From the sequence record SRR2962707_2549: 20,000 bases of DNA; one strand, written 5' to 3'. Under the pieces are notes generated by a model. That model ran no database searches. It was not told where the DNA came from and saw only the letters and a program-made list of their open reading frames with translations. A program made the position numbers and the translations under genes. This document shows, in pieces, positions 17,266 through 20,000 of the stretch (the stretch's first letter is position 1; each line of letters begins with the position of its first letter).

Positions 17266-17571
17266 ATGGTCGATAAAGCAAAAGTGTATAGCAGAATTGC
17301 TAATGGTGTTGCTGGAGTGGGCGCTATACTTACAGGCTTGGGTGTTGCGAAGATTGCCGCCCACATTTCAAATCAAAATGGTCTGGACTGGTCTATCTGC
17401 GGTACGGGGCAATTCACCGACGCAACGTTTTTGACCAATAGTGCGATCCACTGTTGGGGATGCGCCGCTGTTGCGCTTGGCCTAGCGATGTTAGCCGCCT
17501 CGATATTTACCCCTCATTCCAAATTCTTTGCGCCCTTCCATGCGCAGCAAGCAGGGAGCGCAGCACAATGA
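17266..17571 (+). CDS. Small two-TM membrane protein with ICG...HCWGC motif
   Basis: 101 aa with hydrophobic segments at about 11-32 and 62-81; His33, Cys45, His62, Cys63, Cys66; AGGGGGG SD; stop overlaps the next ATG (ATGA 17568-17571). Confidence 0.75.
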   Translation: MVDKAKVYSRIANGVAGVGAILTGLGVAKIAAHISNQNGLDWSICGTGQFTDATFLTNSAIHCWGCAAVALGLAMLAASIFTPHSKFFAPFHAQQAGSAAQ

Positions 17572-20000
17572 TTGACGGCACATCAAAAGATATTCAGGGC
17601 GATGGCGAGTGGGGCGAAGTTCTCGACTGGACCATCATACCAATTCATTCAATCGTTCTGCCTGATGGAAAGCTTCTGTCCTTTGGTACCGACCAAAACG
17701 CCAATCAAGTCGGTCAGTTTGTTTATAGCCTCTGGGACCCAGAAACCAACGAAACGAAGATTTTGCCCAATACCACTGGCGTGAATATCTTCTGCTCAAA
17801 CATGGCAATTGATCCGGTCACTGGCAATGTCATCATCATGGGTGGTGACCAATATGAGTATCTTGATGGTCCACAATATGGCGGCATCACTGATGCGGTT
17901 GTCTTTGACTATAAAACTGAAACAATCCGTGACGCGACAGACCAAGATGGCAATTTGACGGACTTGGCCTATGGGCGCTGGTACGGCTCTGTCATCACTT
18001 TGAGCAATGGCGAAATCCTCATGGCCGGTGGCCGTGGTGACGACTATACTGGTTCGACCATTCCAGAAATTTACAATGCGCAGACCGGTTTTCGTTCGCT
18101 GACAGGCGCTGAGATTGTAGATATTCGTGATAATGATACGGGGGTCGGTCCCTATTGGTATCCGCATCTTTGGCAGGCGTCAGATGGCGATGTTTGGTTT
18201 GTAGAAGCCAATGGCGGCAGCGGCGGCCGAGGCGATATGTACCGCATGGATGTGACTGGCCTTGGCTCGGTTACAAAAGTCGGCCAAGTGCCTTTTGACT
18301 CACGCGAAAGCGCGTCATCCATCATGTATCAAACCGATAAGGTGCTAGTTACAGCTAATGATGGCTGGGTATGGTCTGGCGATCTGTCGACAGAAGTTCC
18401 TTCGTGGGAGCGGGCGTTTTATATGCCCGATAGCAACGATGCTTCGCAAAGTTCATCACGCTCACAAGGCATGTTTGTCCTTCTACCAGATGGCCGTGTA
18501 TCGATCGTGGGCGGCACAGATCCCAATGGCGATGATGCGTACAAATTAGAAAATGCCCAGCTAACGGTAGTTACTTGGGATCCGAAAAATCCAACTGCGC
18601 CGCTTGAAGTATCTGCCGAGCAGAGCTTAGCGCGATTATATCACTCATCTGCGCAATTGTTGCCCGATGGCACAATCTGGTCTGGCGGCGGCGGGGCACC
18701 TGGTCCTCTGGAAAACAAAAATGCAGAAGTGCTCACGCCTTCGTATCTTTATGATGAAAATGGCGATCTAGCCGATCGACCACAAATCGTTGATGCGCCA
18801 ACAAATATAGATGCAGGCACAACCTTCCGCATGACTGTTGATGAGGCCAGCACTCTATCGATGGTAAGTGTTGTCAAATCGGGTGCAGCGACACACGCGC
18901 GCAATTCAGACGCACGGTTTTTAGAACTCGACTACGCAATTATTGATGAGAACACGATTGAGGTAACTGCGCCGGCATCTAACGAGATGATCCCAGGCCT
19001 CTATATGCTCTACACCGTCGGCACCGATGGTGTGCCATCTGAAGCAAGCATGCTCGGTGTTAATATGGCCACCTTGGTGGACACCGGTTCTGTCGGCAAT
19101 GATGTGACGACCGTCTACAATATTGATGACGAACAGATCGACGGCGCATTTGCGCTATCTGCAGAAGTGCGTTTTGATGATGTGGATGGATCAGCCAATC
19201 AGATCATTTTCGATTTTGGAAATACGGCAGGTGCAGATTCTATTAGCCTTTCGCAAATTGGCACAACGAACGATTTGGAATTCTCAGTCACTATCGATGG
19301 ACAGACCTTTAGCATCATTGCGCAAAACGCAATTGTTGAAGGTGAATCGGCGATATACCGTGTTGGTATTGATCCAGATGGTATCATGCGCATCGCAAAA
19401 AATGGCGATTTGTTGGTCGAAAGCGAGACGGCTGATCCAAGCCGCGTGCCTGCAGATGTAGACCGGCTAAATTACCTCGTCGGTGAAAGCACAGAAGCGG
19501 GAAGCTCAGAACTCATCGGCTTGATCCGCAATCTTAAGATCGCAAATTATGGTGAAATCGACGAGCTTGATGGCGCCAATGCACTGAGCCCATGCGCGGT
19601 CACAGGCGAGGCGGCTTGTCTTTGCAGTAAACTGGTTCCTGGTGTTGATGATACCGAAGGCAATGATGCACCAAAAATCTTTGCCGACTATTCAGTGATC
19701 GCTGGCATGGTGAGCGAAGTTCCGCACAATGTGCAAGGTGAGAATACAGCGCTATTAGCAACGAACGGTGTTGTTGCATTTGCCGATGCAGATACAACGG
19801 ACACACATACAGCGAGCTTTGTTCCCAAGGATGGCGGCGTTGGTTATCTGGGCACATTCGCGCTTGGTCTGCCGACTACAACTGAATGGGCAATTACCGG
19901 CTCAGTCGCATGGACATTTAAGGTGCCTGACTCTGCACTGGTCAATTTGAACACCGGTGAGAGCATTACACAAAGCTATGACATCACCGTTGATGACGGC
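17568..20000 (+). CDS. Large multidomain copper-radical oxidase (galactose/glyoxal oxidase-like Kelch propeller plus DUF1929) fused to LamG-like and VCBS-type domains; 3' end outside the window
   Basis: Not in the ORF track because it has no stop in the window. Hand translation is open for 811 codons from ATG 17568 (GGGAG SD): MIDGTSKDIQGDGEWGEVLDWTIIPIHSIVLPDGKLLSFG...NIFCS...RWYGSVITLSNGEILMAGG...WYP...RLYHSSAQLLPDGTIWSGGGG...AEVLTPSYL...RPQI...GAATHARNSDAR...PGLYML...GVPS...VRFDD...IFDFGN...NDAP...FADADTTDTHT...GSVAWTF...GESITQSYDITVDDG. Confidence 0.9.
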   Translation, partial: MIDGTSKDIQGDGEWGEVLDWTIIPIHSIVLPDGKLLSFGTDQNANQVGQFVYSLWDPETNETKILPNTTGVNIFCSNMAIDPVTGNVIIMGGDQYEYLDGPQYGGITDAVVFDYKTETIRDATDQDGNLTDLAYGRWYGSVITLSNGEILMAGGRGDDYTGSTIPEIYNAQTGFRSLTGAEIVDIRDNDTGVGPYWYPHLWQASDGDVWFVEANGGSGGRGDMYRMDVTGLGSVTKVGQVPFDSRESASSIMYQTDKVLVTANDGWVWSGDLSTEVPSWERAFYMPDSNDASQSSSRSQGMFVLLPDGRVSIVGGTDPNGDDAYKLENAQLTVVTWDPKNPTAPLEVSAEQSLARLYHSSAQLLPDGTIWSGGGGAPGPLENKNAEVLTPSYLYDENGDLADRPQIVDAPTNIDAGTTFRMTVDEASTLSMVSVVKSGAATHARNSDARFLELDYAIIDENTIEVTAPASNEMIPGLYMLYTVGTDGVPSEASMLGVNMATLVDTGSVGNDVTTVYNIDDEQIDGAFALSAEVRFDDVDGSANQIIFDFGNTAGADSISLSQIGTTNDLEFSVTIDGQTFSIIAQNAIVEGESAIYRVGIDPDGIMRIAKNGDLLVESETADPSRVPADVDRLNYLVGESTEAGSSELIGLIRNLKIANYGEIDELDGANALSPCAVTGEAACLCSKLVPGVDDTEGNDAPKIFADYSVIAGMVSEVPHNVQGENTALLATNGVVAFADADTTDTHTASFVPKDGGVGYLGTFALGLPTTTEWAITGSVAWTFKVPDSALVNLNTGESITQSYDITVDDG

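Noticed and set aside
17449-17463. HCWGC read as a heme-c attachment site linking the small protein to the heme locus
   Set aside because: c-type attachment needs CxxCH; here Ala follows the second Cys, and the gene is over 7 kb from the heme operon.
17572-19950. Short track ORFs in 17572-19950 suggesting a fragmented or pseudogene region
   Set aside because: All are alternative-frame or antisense shadows of the single uninterrupted frame starting at 17568.

Overview
Alphaproteobacterial-type DNA (probably Rhizobiales, inferred from gene content and regulatory motifs) with four blocks. (1) 1-228: the 5' end of a membrane sensor gene on the minus strand, missed by the ORF track. (2) 686-9829: a complete heme uptake locus. 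A TonB-dependent receptor (hmuR-like, minus) is divergent from hmuP-hmuS-hmuT-hmuU-hmuV, a small secreted 4-Cys protein, exbB, two exbD genes and tonB. The intergenic region has two TGA-N9-TCA iron boxes, and both divergent leaders carry GCAAGCCAG repeats. (3) 9901-16917: a LysR regulator divergent from a catabolic/transport cluster (D-2-hydroxyacid dehydrogenase, RraA/HMG-aldolase family protein, MFS permease, tctCBA). (4) 17266-20000: behind an AT-rich promoter with a CtrA-type box, a 101-aa two-TM protein with an ICG...HCWGC motif overlaps (ATGA) a large ORF of at least 811 codons that the ORF track missed and that runs off the window. By hand translation it is a galactose-oxidase-like copper-radical oxidase with all Cu/radical ligands, fused to a LamG-like domain, a Cys-rich linker and a VCBS-type repeat, with no N-terminal signal peptide. 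Block 4 is the most novel-looking part. No mobile elements, RNA genes or CRISPR arrays were recognised.
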